The notes beneath the pieces are model-generated. The model made no database searches, was not told the DNA's origin, and was given only the letters and a program-made list of their open reading frames with translations. The translations under genes and the position numbers were made by a program. Positions 54,138 through 64,000 of a stretch of 64,000 bases of DNA are shown piece after piece; the stretch's first letter is position 1, and each line of letters starts with the position of its first letter. Location of the stretch: NCBI RefSeq assembly GCF_009914755.1, contig NC_060931.1. The stretch is one strand, 5' to 3'. The stretch is from the human T2T-CHM13v2.0 reference genome, Homo sapiens.

Positions 54138-55359
54138 CACATGGTGTCAGAAAAACTGGATACACACATGCACATAACAAAATTGGACCGTTACCTTATA
54201 CCATACACACACACAAATCAACTAAAAATGGATTCATGCCTTAAACATAACACCTGAACCTGTAAACCGCCTAGAAGGAAATATAGGAAAAAACCTTCAT
54301 GACATTGGTCTTAGCAATTATTTTTTGGATATGACACCAAAAGCTCAGGCAACAAAAGCAGAAACAGACAAGGGAGACTACATCAAACTAAAGTTTCTGC
54401 AAAAGAAACAATCAACAGTGAAAAGGCAATCTACAGAACAGGATAAAATACTTGCAAATCGTATAACTTTTTAAAAGGTTAATGTCCAAAATGTATAAGG
54501 AACTGCTGCAACCCAATAACCAAAAACAAAATAACCTGATTTTTTAAACGGGCAAAAGGACCTAAATAGACATTTCTCACAAGAAGAAATACAAATGGAC
54601 TGCAGGTATACAACAAAAATGCTCGACATCACTAATCGCCAGCAAAATCTAAATCAGCACTACAATGAGCTATCATATCAAACTTGTTAGGATACCTATT
54701 ATCAGAAAAAAAAAAGATGAGTATTGGTGAAGACTGTATACTGTTGTGGGAATGCAAAAGGTCCTTATGGAAAACAGTATACAGGTTCCTCAAAAAATTA
54801 AAAATAGAACTACTATTTGATCCAGCAACCCCACTCTGGGTTTTTACCCAAAAGAGTCAAAATCAAGATCTCCAAAGAGATACTTGCATTCCCACACTAA
54901 CTGTGGCATTATTTGCAATATCCAAGATGTGGCCACAACCCAAATGTCCATCAACAGATGGATGGATGTTTTACATGTGGTATATCTAGACAATGAAACA
55001 TTACTCAGCCTTAAAAAAGAAGAAAATCCTGCTGTAAGTGACAGCATAGATGAACCTGGAAGACATGAGCTGAGCGAAGTAATCCAGGCACAGAAAAGAT
55101 AACACTGATGATTTCACTTAGACGAGGCATCTAAAATAGTCCAATGCGTAGACCCAGAGAGAAGAATGGTGGTTTCCAGGGGCTGGGTCGGGGCAGGGTG
55201 AGGTATTGCTAATCAATGGGTATCAAGTTTTAGTTCTGCAGGATGAACGAGTGCTAGAGATCTGCGGTACAGATCATGGCTGTCATCAACAATACTGTGC
55301 CATGCACTTAAAATGTTAAGAGGGTGGATCTCATGTTATATGTTCTTTCCACAAAAAAG
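54138..55359 (+). mobile_element. 5'-truncated L1MA/L1MB 3' end inserted into the older L1
   Basis: ORF2 C-terminal remnant (SLWKTVYRFLKKLKIELLFDPATPL) plus a 3'UTR ending gagggtggatctcatgttatatgttctttccacaaaaaa. Confidence 0.9.
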
Positions 55360-56750
55360 AACATGGATCCCTGACTTATTAGTGTAACACGCATTATCGC
55401 ATCCTGGATAATGCCAAAACCTGAGAACACTAACTCCTTTACCTTCTGTGCCACCAATATTCGTGTTGATTTACCAACCCATTGATAGTTCCCACTGCTA
55501 TCCCTGCCTGCCTTGTTTCCTGGTTTCCATGTGGGTTTACTTTCCTCCTGCCAGAAGCCCCTGCAGTCTTTTCCCAAGAGTCATCTGTTGATGGAGTCTC
55601 TCGAGTTCTGTCTGTCTTTTCGTAGGAGTCATCTGTTGATGGAGTCTCTCGAGTTCTGTCTGTCTTTTCCTAAGAGTCATCTGTTGATGGAGTCTCTCGA
55701 GTTCTGTCTGTCTTTTCCTAAGAGTCATCTGTTGATGGAGTCTCTCGAGTTCTGTCTGTCTTTTCCTAAGAGTCATCTGTTGATGGAGTCTCTCGAGTTC
55801 TGTCTGTCTTTTCCTAAGAGTCATCTGTTGATGGAGTCTCTCGAGTTCTGTCTGTCTTTTCCTAAGAGTCATCTGTTGATGGAGTCTCTCAAGTTCTGTC
55901 TGTCTGGTCACGTCTTGATTTCATCTTTATACCTGAGAAACATTTCCAGGGAGTAGAGAACTTGAATTGATGGGGTGTTTTCTTCCATCACATGCGAGGT
56001 TCATCACACTTCTGGTCTCCATGGTTTCTGGTGAAACAATTCATCAATAGAGATTAATTTCCTATGATTTTTCTCTGCTTGCTTTCCAGATTTTCTCTTA
56101 AACTTTGGTTTTTACTAATTTTAGAGTGATGTTCAGAGGTAGGGTTTTCTTTGTGTTCATTCTGTGAGGTTGAACTAACCACACAAAACTGCCAATATTC
56201 AACTGTTGTTTACCTTTAAAATAGCTATATAATAGATTTTTTAAAATCCAAGCTTTGGTGTCTTTCTTCAGGTTTGAAAAAAATCATAGCTCTCATCGCC
56301 TCAAACATTGCTTCTAAGCTGTTTTCCTTCTCCTCTTCTGGGACTCCACCTACACATATAGACCTTTCCAACAGATCTCCTCTGCCTCATACACTCCATC
56401 CTGTACTTTCTCTCAGTTTTGATCTGTTACTCTGCCTCATTATTTCCCAGGGACCTTCTTCCAGCTCACTCATCTGCTCTTCCTTCATACTCAATGTTTT
56501 GTGATGCCCATCTATTGAGTTATTAGATTCAGCTCTAGAATTTCCATTTGATTACTTTGTTTATAGAATCAATTTTTCTGGTGAAATTTTCCACTTACCC
56601 TTTATTTTCTTGAACATATCAACCACAGTTATTTTAAAATTTGACTGCAACAAGTATAATAACTATCTGTGGGTGTACTGTTGTCATCTGTTTTTGTGTC
56701 TTGGTCTTGCTTCTTGACAACTGAAATTCAGACATTACATATGAAACTGC
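55360..56750 (-). mobile_element. Continuation of the antisense L1ME-type element
   Basis: cagctctagaatttccatttg, gtcttgatttcatctttat...gagtagagaactt, L1M-like text. Confidence 0.7.
55566..55906. repeat. 48-bp VNTR x7 inside the L1
   Basis: Unit tcttttcctaagagtcatctgttgatggagtctctcgagttctgtctg. Confidence 0.97.
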
Positions 56751-57364
56751 AGAGACTCTGGGTGAGTCTATCTTCTTACCTTCCTCCTCACTAGACAGCC
56801 AGATCGAGGGTAGATCCCCTTAACTCAAGGGAGGCCTGAGACAAGAAGACAGACCCATCATTCTTGGAAGGCTCAGTCACCTGGGGTTTATCCTCACACC
56901 TATGGCATGACCCATCCGGGGCTGGGACCTGGGATGTGTGCGATGGCCCCTCTTTCTTAGAAGTTCCTGAATTCCAGTTTCATCTCTTCAGCATTATGAG
57001 ACTGCCAGAAATCCTGCTCTGCTTTTCCATAGCTTTCTGATCAGCCTCTGATTCAACTCAAGAATTTGGCAAATGTGTCAGAGGTGAAAGCCACAGGTGC
57101 TGATTGCCTCTGTACCTACTTTCTCTTTGGGATCCAGTCTCCTCAGGGCCTGGTAACCTTTGCAATGCAAACATCTATTTGTGTGTTGATGACCCTATGA
57201 GGTTGCCAAGTGCTCTGTGGGTTTCACTGCCTCTTCTCCACAGCCCTTGCCTGGTTTCTCAGCCTCTTTCGACAGGAATCACAAATGCCCCCAGGAGACA
57301 GGCAGCCCGCAGGGAGTGGGCTCCCTAACAGTGCCCCTCCGATGGGTCTTTTTTAAGTTTTTTT

Positions 57365-57650
57365 GGCCAGGGGCTGTGGCTCACACCTGTCATCCCAGCA
57401 CTTTGGGAGGCTGAGGTGGGCGGATCACCTGAGGTCAGGAATTTGAGACCAGCCTGGCCAACATGGTGAAACCCCGTCTCTACTAAAAATACAAAAATTA
57501 GCCAGGCGTGGTGGTGCATGCCTGTAATCCCAGCTACTGGGAGGCTGAGGCAGGAGAATTGCTTGAACCTGGGAGGCAGAAGTTGCAGTGCCACTGCACT
57601 CCAACCTGGGCAACAGAGTGGGACTCCATCTCAAAAAAAAAAAAGAAAAA
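57365..57650 (+). mobile_element. AluSx-like with ~13-bp deletion
   Basis: Dimeric Alu containing cacctgaggtcagga; gttgcagtg|ccactgcac junction; poly-A. Confidence 0.93.
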
Positions 57651-57651
57651 G

Positions 57652-57758
57652 TTTTATTTTATTTTTAATTGACAAATAATTGTACATATTTATGGGCTAC
57701 GGTGTGATGTTTCAACACATATATACATTGTGGAATCATCAAAACAGGCTAATTAACA
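57652..57758 (-). mobile_element. L1MA 3' terminal fragment
   Basis: ttttaattgacaaataattgtacatatttatggg. Confidence 0.8.
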
Positions 57759-58043
57759 GGATCTTGGCCTCTCAAATCCCGGTTGCCTCCGCAGCTCCCC
57801 AAAGCAGGCATTCTGTGGATTTTACCCAGCACTTCTAGTTGTTCCCCACAGGAAATCTGATCCGATGCAAACAGATCATTATAGCCAAGAGAAGGTCAGT
57901 TCTGATCGTTGTTGATTTTCCTGGAATTTGCTAATGATGAATCGTGCTGTGTGAAAATACACTTTAGGCTGATGCCCAGCTGATTAGCATATAGGGTTTA
58001 GTGACATTTCCACTGATAGTGACTTCCTCAAAGACACTCTGAC

Positions 58044-58890
58044 CAGGGGTCAGCAAACCAGAGCCCCGGGACCTACCCCACCTGTCTTTTCATGTAGGGC
58101 CTGGGAAAGGAAAACAAACCTTGGGACTCCAAAATCTCCAGGCTAAAGGGAAAAGTCAAGCTGGGAACTGCTCAGGGCAAACCTGCCTCCCATTCTGTTC
58201 AAAGTCACCCCTCTGAGGCTGCCCTGAGACAAATGCATCTCATTGCTCCCTCTCCCCTATTGCTTATGTAAAAATGCAGATTCACTGAGCCAGGCTCAAT
58301 TGTGTATTCACTGGAAGGCTGGTCAAGGACTCAAAAGAATGCAAACTTTTGTCTCTTATCTATTTCTAACCTGGAAGCCGCCATTTCCAGTCATCCCGCC
58401 TTACTGGACTGAACCAAAGTATGTCTTACACATATTGATTGACGTCTCATGTCTCCCTAAAATGTATAAAAGCAAACTGTGCCCCCGACCACCTCGGGCA
58501 CATGCCTCAGGCCCCCGTCCACCTCCTGCACATGCCTCAGCCCCCGACCACCTCAGGCACAAGTCTCAGGACTTCCTGAGGCTGTATCATGGATGCATCC
58601 TTCACCTTGCCAAAATACTTTCTAAATTGACTGAGACCTTTCTCAGATATTTTGTGCTCACAAGCCTTTGAGCTAAGAATGGTTTTTATATTTTTTTAAG
58701 GGTTGTAGGAAAAATGAGATGGAGACAGGGACAGAGAAGAAGTGGGGAAGAGAGAAGAAAGGAGGAGAAGGAAGAGAAGAAGAAGAGGAGAAGGAGTAAG
58801 ATGAGGAGGAGGAAACAGTAATCTTTGTGGCTTTCAAAGCCAAGATATTTATCATTTGGTCCTTTACAGATAAAGCTTGCCAACTCAAGT
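58044..58890 (+). mobile_element. MER58-family hAT transposon split by an LTR
   Basis: 5' caggggtcagcaaac; resumes at gagctaagaatggttttta; ends cctttacagataaagcttgccaac. Confidence 0.85.
58102..58662 (+). mobile_element. MER4A-like (ERV1) solo LTR with an internal ~30-bp triplication
   Basis: TG...CA termini; aagggaaaagtcaagctgggaactgc hallmark; 4-bp TSD ggcc/agcc; cccccgaccacctc..gcacatgcctcag x3. Confidence 0.85.
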
Positions 58891-59656
58891 TCATGACCAT
58901 CTCTAATTCTTTTAAATATCAAGTCATGATGTGTATTAATATAAAGATTGCATATTAAATGCATCTTCCATAGACATAGAAAGTAAAGATATGAAAATCA
59001 GTTTGTACTGATTGTAAGACAAGTCTCTGAACGACCAACAAGATGGCCCAGTCTGTGGAGCTCCAGGCTTATTTACGGGGTGCACCTCGTAGTGCCCACA
59101 AGGAAGCTAGATCTTTTGGAAATAATTCTGCAATGTGGAAATAATTTTGCAACGTGGAAATACTGAGGCCTGGGGCTGACTGATTTATTGATGAGAAACC
59201 CAGGGAGGCATTGGTTTGGGGTTCTGTGACATCATGTTGAGGCATCTGCATTTCCTATCACACTGTACTAAATCAGTTAGAAAATATCTTAATTTCCCTA
59301 TCCTCACATGAGTCTTACTGGGTCCTGACAACCTCCTGGCCTCTCACCCTAATGAGTCCTCATTTCTGAGTGGACATTTCTCCCAAATTCAGTTGCAACA
59401 ACAGATGGTGTGTGGCCACAGCCCATAAAGGTAGAGACTCATGCTCAAAGCTGCCTTCTGGTAGGCAAAGTCGCCACCTCGAACACACCCTCCAAAGACT
59501 TGACATTCAGATACCAAATGCTCCAGGTCCAGCTCCCAAAAGCTAGATGGATTGTCCGTTCCATTCGGGCTTCAAATCAGAGGCTGTGGTGGCTGTGGTA
59601 TCTCAGGACTGGTGCAGTAGGGTTCTAGCACAGCTTCAGGCAGACTTCCTCAACAA

Positions 59657-61481
59657 CAGTGATGGTGATGGTAGTGGTGGTGGTGATAGTGAAAGCAGTG
59701 GTGGTGGTGATGATGGTGGTAATGGTAGTAGCTATGGGTGTGGTGGTGATGATGGTGGTGATGGTAGTGATGGTAATAGGGGTGATAGTGGTGATGTGGT
59801 AATGATGGTGGTGGTGGCAGTGGCGGCGGTGGTGGTGATAATGATAGTGGTAACAATGGTGGTGGTGATGGTGGTAATACTGGTGATGGAGGTGGTCGTG
59901 GTGATGATGGTGGCAGTAGTGATGGTGGTAGTGATAGTGACAGGGTGGTGGTGGTGGTGATGGTGATAGGGGTGGATAGTAGTGGTGAAGGTGGTGGTGA
60001 TGATGACAGTGGTGGTGACAGTGGTGGTGGTGATGTTAGTGATAGTGGTGATGGTGATGGGGGTGGTAGTGGTGATGGTGGTAGTGGTGGTGGTGGTGAT
60101 GGCAGTGACGGGGGTGGTGGTGGGGGCAGTGGTATTGGTGGTGGTGGTGAAGGTGGTGGTGGTGACGGTGATGATGATGGTAGTGATAGTGGTGATGGTG
60201 GTGGTGATGATGGTGATGGGGTAGTAGTGGTGTTGGTGGTAGTGGTGGTGGTGATGGCAGTGATGGGGGTGGTGGTAGTCGTGGTGGTGGTGACAGTGGT
60301 AGTAGTGATGGTGGTAGTGATGGGGGTGGTAGTGATGGTGGTGCTGGTGGTAGTGATAGGGGTGGTAGTGATGGTGATGGTGATAGTGGTGATGGCAGTG
60401 GTAGTGATGGTGGTGATAGTGATGGTGATAGCAGTGGTGGCAGTGGTGGTGATAGTGATGGTGATGGTGGTGGTGGTGATGGTGATAGTAATGGTGATGG
60501 CAATGAAGGTGATGGTGATGGTGATGGTGATAGTGATGGTGATGGTGGTGGTGGTGATGGTGATAGTAATGGTGATGGCAATGAAGGTGATGGTGATGGT
60601 GATCAGTGATGGTGGTGATGGTGATGGCAGTGGTGGCAGTGGTGGTGGTGGTGATAATGATGGTCATGGTAGTGGTGGTGATGGTGATAGTGATGGTGAT
60701 GGCAGTGGTGGCAGTGGTGGTGATAGTGATGGTCATGGCAGTGGTGGTGATGGTGATAGTGATGGTGATGGCAGTGGTGGCAGTGGTGGTGATGGTAATA
60801 GTGATGGTGATGGCAGTGATAGTGATAGTGATGGTGATGGCAGTGGTGGTGGTGGTGATAGTGATGGTGATGGCAGTGGTGGTGGTGGTGATAGTGATGG
60901 TGATGGCAATGGTGGTGATGGTGATGGTGATGGTGATCAGTGATGGTGGTGGTGATGGCAATGGTGGCAGTGGTGGTGATGGTGATAGCGATGGTGATGG
61001 CAGTGGTGGTGATAGTGATAGTGATGGTCATGGCAGTGGTGGTGATGGTGATAGTGATGGTCATGGCAGTGGTGGTGATGGTGATAGTGATGGTCATGGC
61101 AGTGGTGGTGATGGTGATAGTGATGGTCATGGCAGTGGTGGTGATAGTGATAGTGATGGTCATGGCAGTGGTGGTGATGGTGATAGTGATGGTCATGGCA
61201 GTGGTGGTGGTGATAGTGATAGTGATGGTCATGGCAGTGGTGGTGGTGGTGATAGTGATGGTCATGGCAGTGGTGGTGATAGTGATGGTGATAGTGATGG
61301 TGGTGACAGTGGTGGTGATGGTGATGGCAGTGGTGGCAGTGGTGGTGATGGTGATAGTGATGGTCACGGCAGTGGTGGTGGTGGTGATAGTGATGGTGGT
61401 GGCAGTGGTGGTGATGGTGATGGCAATGGTGGCAGTGGTGGTGATGGTGATAGTAATGGTCATGGCAGTGGTGATGGTGGC
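59657..61481. repeat. ~1.8-kb complex (GGT/GAT/AGT/GGC) trinucleotide array
   Basis: Read directly; 33-bp periodicity in the 3' part. Confidence 0.98.
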
Positions 61482-62821
61482 AGCAAGGAAATCATTCTCT
61501 GATTACCTGACATGGTTAAAAATCTGAGAGCAAAGATGAGCTGAGAATGTCATCATACAATGTGTAAAGAAGCTGAGCCTGAGAACCCTGAAATGCATGG
61601 TATTCTCTATGTGCAAACGTACGAGAGCTGAAAGTGACCAGTTACCTATTCATGGTTATCATCTGCATGATGAAGAAACACTGCAACCTACCTTTTCTCC
61701 ACTAGAGGGTTGGTTCACTAGATAATGGCACCTGCATGCCATGGATGCTACGTATCAGTATTCAACAGTGGAAGCCCACTCAGCATTCAGGAGTAAGAGA
61801 TTTGGTAAGTGATAAGAAAAATTTGCAGAACTACAGGATTCCATTTTTGTTATGTGTGTGCCCAGAAGAGCATCTAAACAGACATTTACCCGAATGTTCT
61901 TCACCATGATTATTTTGGGGCTTTAGGATCGTAAGGAGGTGATTCTGATTTTGTGGCTTGTACCCTTCTGCACCACCCAGCCATGCAGCGTTCCGCCTGC
62001 TTCCTTTTCTCCTGTGTGCTTTAATTCTAGTTACAGGAAACATGCATATGAAAAAGGCACGGAAGGGAATGTATGTTTCCTTTTTTGTCAGAAAATAAAA
62101 TGACACGTTTCCATTTTTGGAGAAGTTAAAACAGATTTTATCTCCTGCCACCATTCTTGCCTTACGGACAAGAGGAGGACAGGGCCTCCAAGCAAATGAG
62201 CACATTAGTGAGTTAAAAGAAATATTTATAAATCTAGAGCATAGTCTTTGGCCTAGAAAGACGGTACTAAAGCAGACAGAAGCCTTTTCAGGAACACAAA
62301 TAAGTATTAAAAAAAAAAAAAAAAAGCAAAAAAACACCTTTTTTGTTCCCTTTAAACCAGAATGACTCTTAACCTGGTCAACAAGCACATTGCAAATGTC
62401 TTGTTCCCACTAGGTGGCCACAGGTCACTGGGCGAGCGGGTCTTTGTGGGCAGAGGCAGGAGCGGAGGCTGCGGAGGACGCTCCAAGCCCATCTTCCGTG
62501 GCTCAGCCCAGGGGCTCCCGCGGCTCCAGGGCAGCGCCAGGCATGGCTTCTCCCCGAAGGCACAGAAGGCTCCGAAGTTGCCACCTCTTGCCTGAGTTGC
62601 CGGAAATCCAAGGGTAGGTTTATATCAAATCAGCAGACAAACTTGACTTCTGGGTAAAGGCTAAAATGAATCAACGGAGAACTGACGAGACTGTTTCCCC
62701 ACTGACGGGTCTGTAAGAGTTGGGGGCTGCCCGCCGCCTGGTCAGTCACGCTATGCAGCTCTTAGGTTGAATCCTGGGCTGCCCTGGCTACCAGGATGCC
62801 TCAGGGAGGGGAGGAAGCAGG

Positions 62822-62911
62822 AGGAGCGGCGTGGGGCGACTCCTCCCAACAGGGGGAGCAGCGTGGAGCAAATCTTCCTGATGGGGGAGCGGCGTGGGGC
62901 AAATCTTCCTG
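62822..62911. repeat. ~31-bp repeat x3
   Basis: ggagc.gcgtgg.gc.aatcttcctg. Confidence 0.8.
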
Positions 62912-63169
62912 CCAAGCGTGCGAGCTGCTTGTCCCCACCTGGGCGAGCCACCTCTTCCTACCAGGGGTGCCCATGAGGTCCTTCCTAAAAGTAAGACTCA
63001 GCAGGGAGGGTTCCAAGGCCTGTGGCCAGCAGGTGAATCACACAGGAGCTTCCTCTACCATGTGAGGCTCTGGGGGTCCTTGTCTGGGTGACGGTGTCAG
63101 AGTGGACTGTTGGCCACCAGCAACGGGGCTGCCTGGGACGGCCAGGGGCAGAGCTGCTCCCATGTGGCA

Positions 63170-63260
63170 CCCTACCCCGAGTCCTGGGTGTCTGGGCTCA
63201 CACCCATCTCTGGCCTACCCCAAGTCCTGGGTGTCTGGGCTCATACCCGTCTCTGGGTGT
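63170..63260. repeat. 43-bp tandem duplication
   Basis: cctacccc.agtcctgggtgtctgggctca.accc.tctctgg x2. Confidence 0.9.
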
Positions 63261-64000
63261 CATTCCAGCAGCACCTTCTCCTCCTTTCAGGATGGCCCTG
63301 TTCAGTCAGGGTCCTGCCCTCTCCCACTGCACGGGGAGGTGCTAGAGAAGGGAGGGGGCCTGTGGGCACTGCCACTCACCCCTCCAACAGGCAGGGAGAC
63401 AGGCACCTGCCCCAGGGATGCTGCAGCCCAGCACCCCTCCGGCAGCCTCGCCTGGCTCCAGCAAGAGCGGAATGTTCACAGGCCTGTCCACCGTCACCTC
63501 CTAACAGGTCCTGGAGAGGCCAGGCCACGCCAGTGCCATCACAGACTGTGCTCGGGAAGCTGAGGTGAGCCCCAGCCGGCCGTGAGCCCCAGCGCCCAGG
63601 CGCCTCCTCCCCTGTTGCAGCCCCACTGGGTCCCCAAGTCCCCACCCACGGCCAGTGTTTGTTTCTCCCTGAAAACCTGATTTGACTTCACTCAAAATCT
63701 CCACACCTGCTGCAAACGTCAGTTTGATAAACCTGACGCTGCCCTCCCGGCTGGGGGCAGGAATCTCTCTACCACCTGTGTGAGAAGAGGCCGAGCCTCA
63801 GAGTCCCAGGCCAAAACCCTGTTAGAGCAGCTTAGACACAGCACCAAGACCCCCCTAGACCCAGAGTGAGCCTAAAATGAAAAGCAAGTGAAAGCCTCGG
63901 ACCGTGCAGCTGCTCGCCAGAACGTCTCAGGAAAACTGGCTGCGGCCTTTCCTGTGGAATCCAACCGAGATGGCCTCAGCCTGTCTCCCTTTCCTCGTCC

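Noticed and set aside
54684-54989. 101-aa ORF with L1 ORF2 similarity
   Set aside because: Decayed, frameshifted retrotransposon remnant, not a gene
59547-61527. His/Thr/Val/Gly-Asp-rich mucin- or HRG-like ORFs
   Set aside because: Trinucleotide low-complexity DNA, open in most frames

Overview
Primate, almost certainly human, genomic DNA (AluJ/AluS, THE1, MER4, MER21, MER1, MER58, old L1). It is GC-rich and extremely rich in minisatellites, as is typical of subtelomeric regions. I can support no protein-coding exon, RNA gene or CRISPR array: every long ORF in the track is a translation of a tandem repeat. The order of the VNTRs matches my unverified recollection of a large 5' intron of PTPRN2 (7q36.3, minus strand). 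The window holds about 17 tandem arrays, at least 10 near-tandem two- or three-copy duplications, two unexplained dispersed duplications and several nested transposon insertions with readable target-site duplications. I did not find a demonstrable new biological system. The best leads are: (i) a candidate minus-strand cryptic exon immediately followed by a ~680-nt UG-rich array, the architecture of TDP-43-repressed exons; (ii) two unrelated heptamer arrays that both toggle GGG/GCG, i.e. a G-tract versus a CpG; (iii) a ~118-bp, ~92% identical non-TE duplicate 8.2 kb apart; (iv) a 1.8-kb YCAY-dense array on the minus strand.
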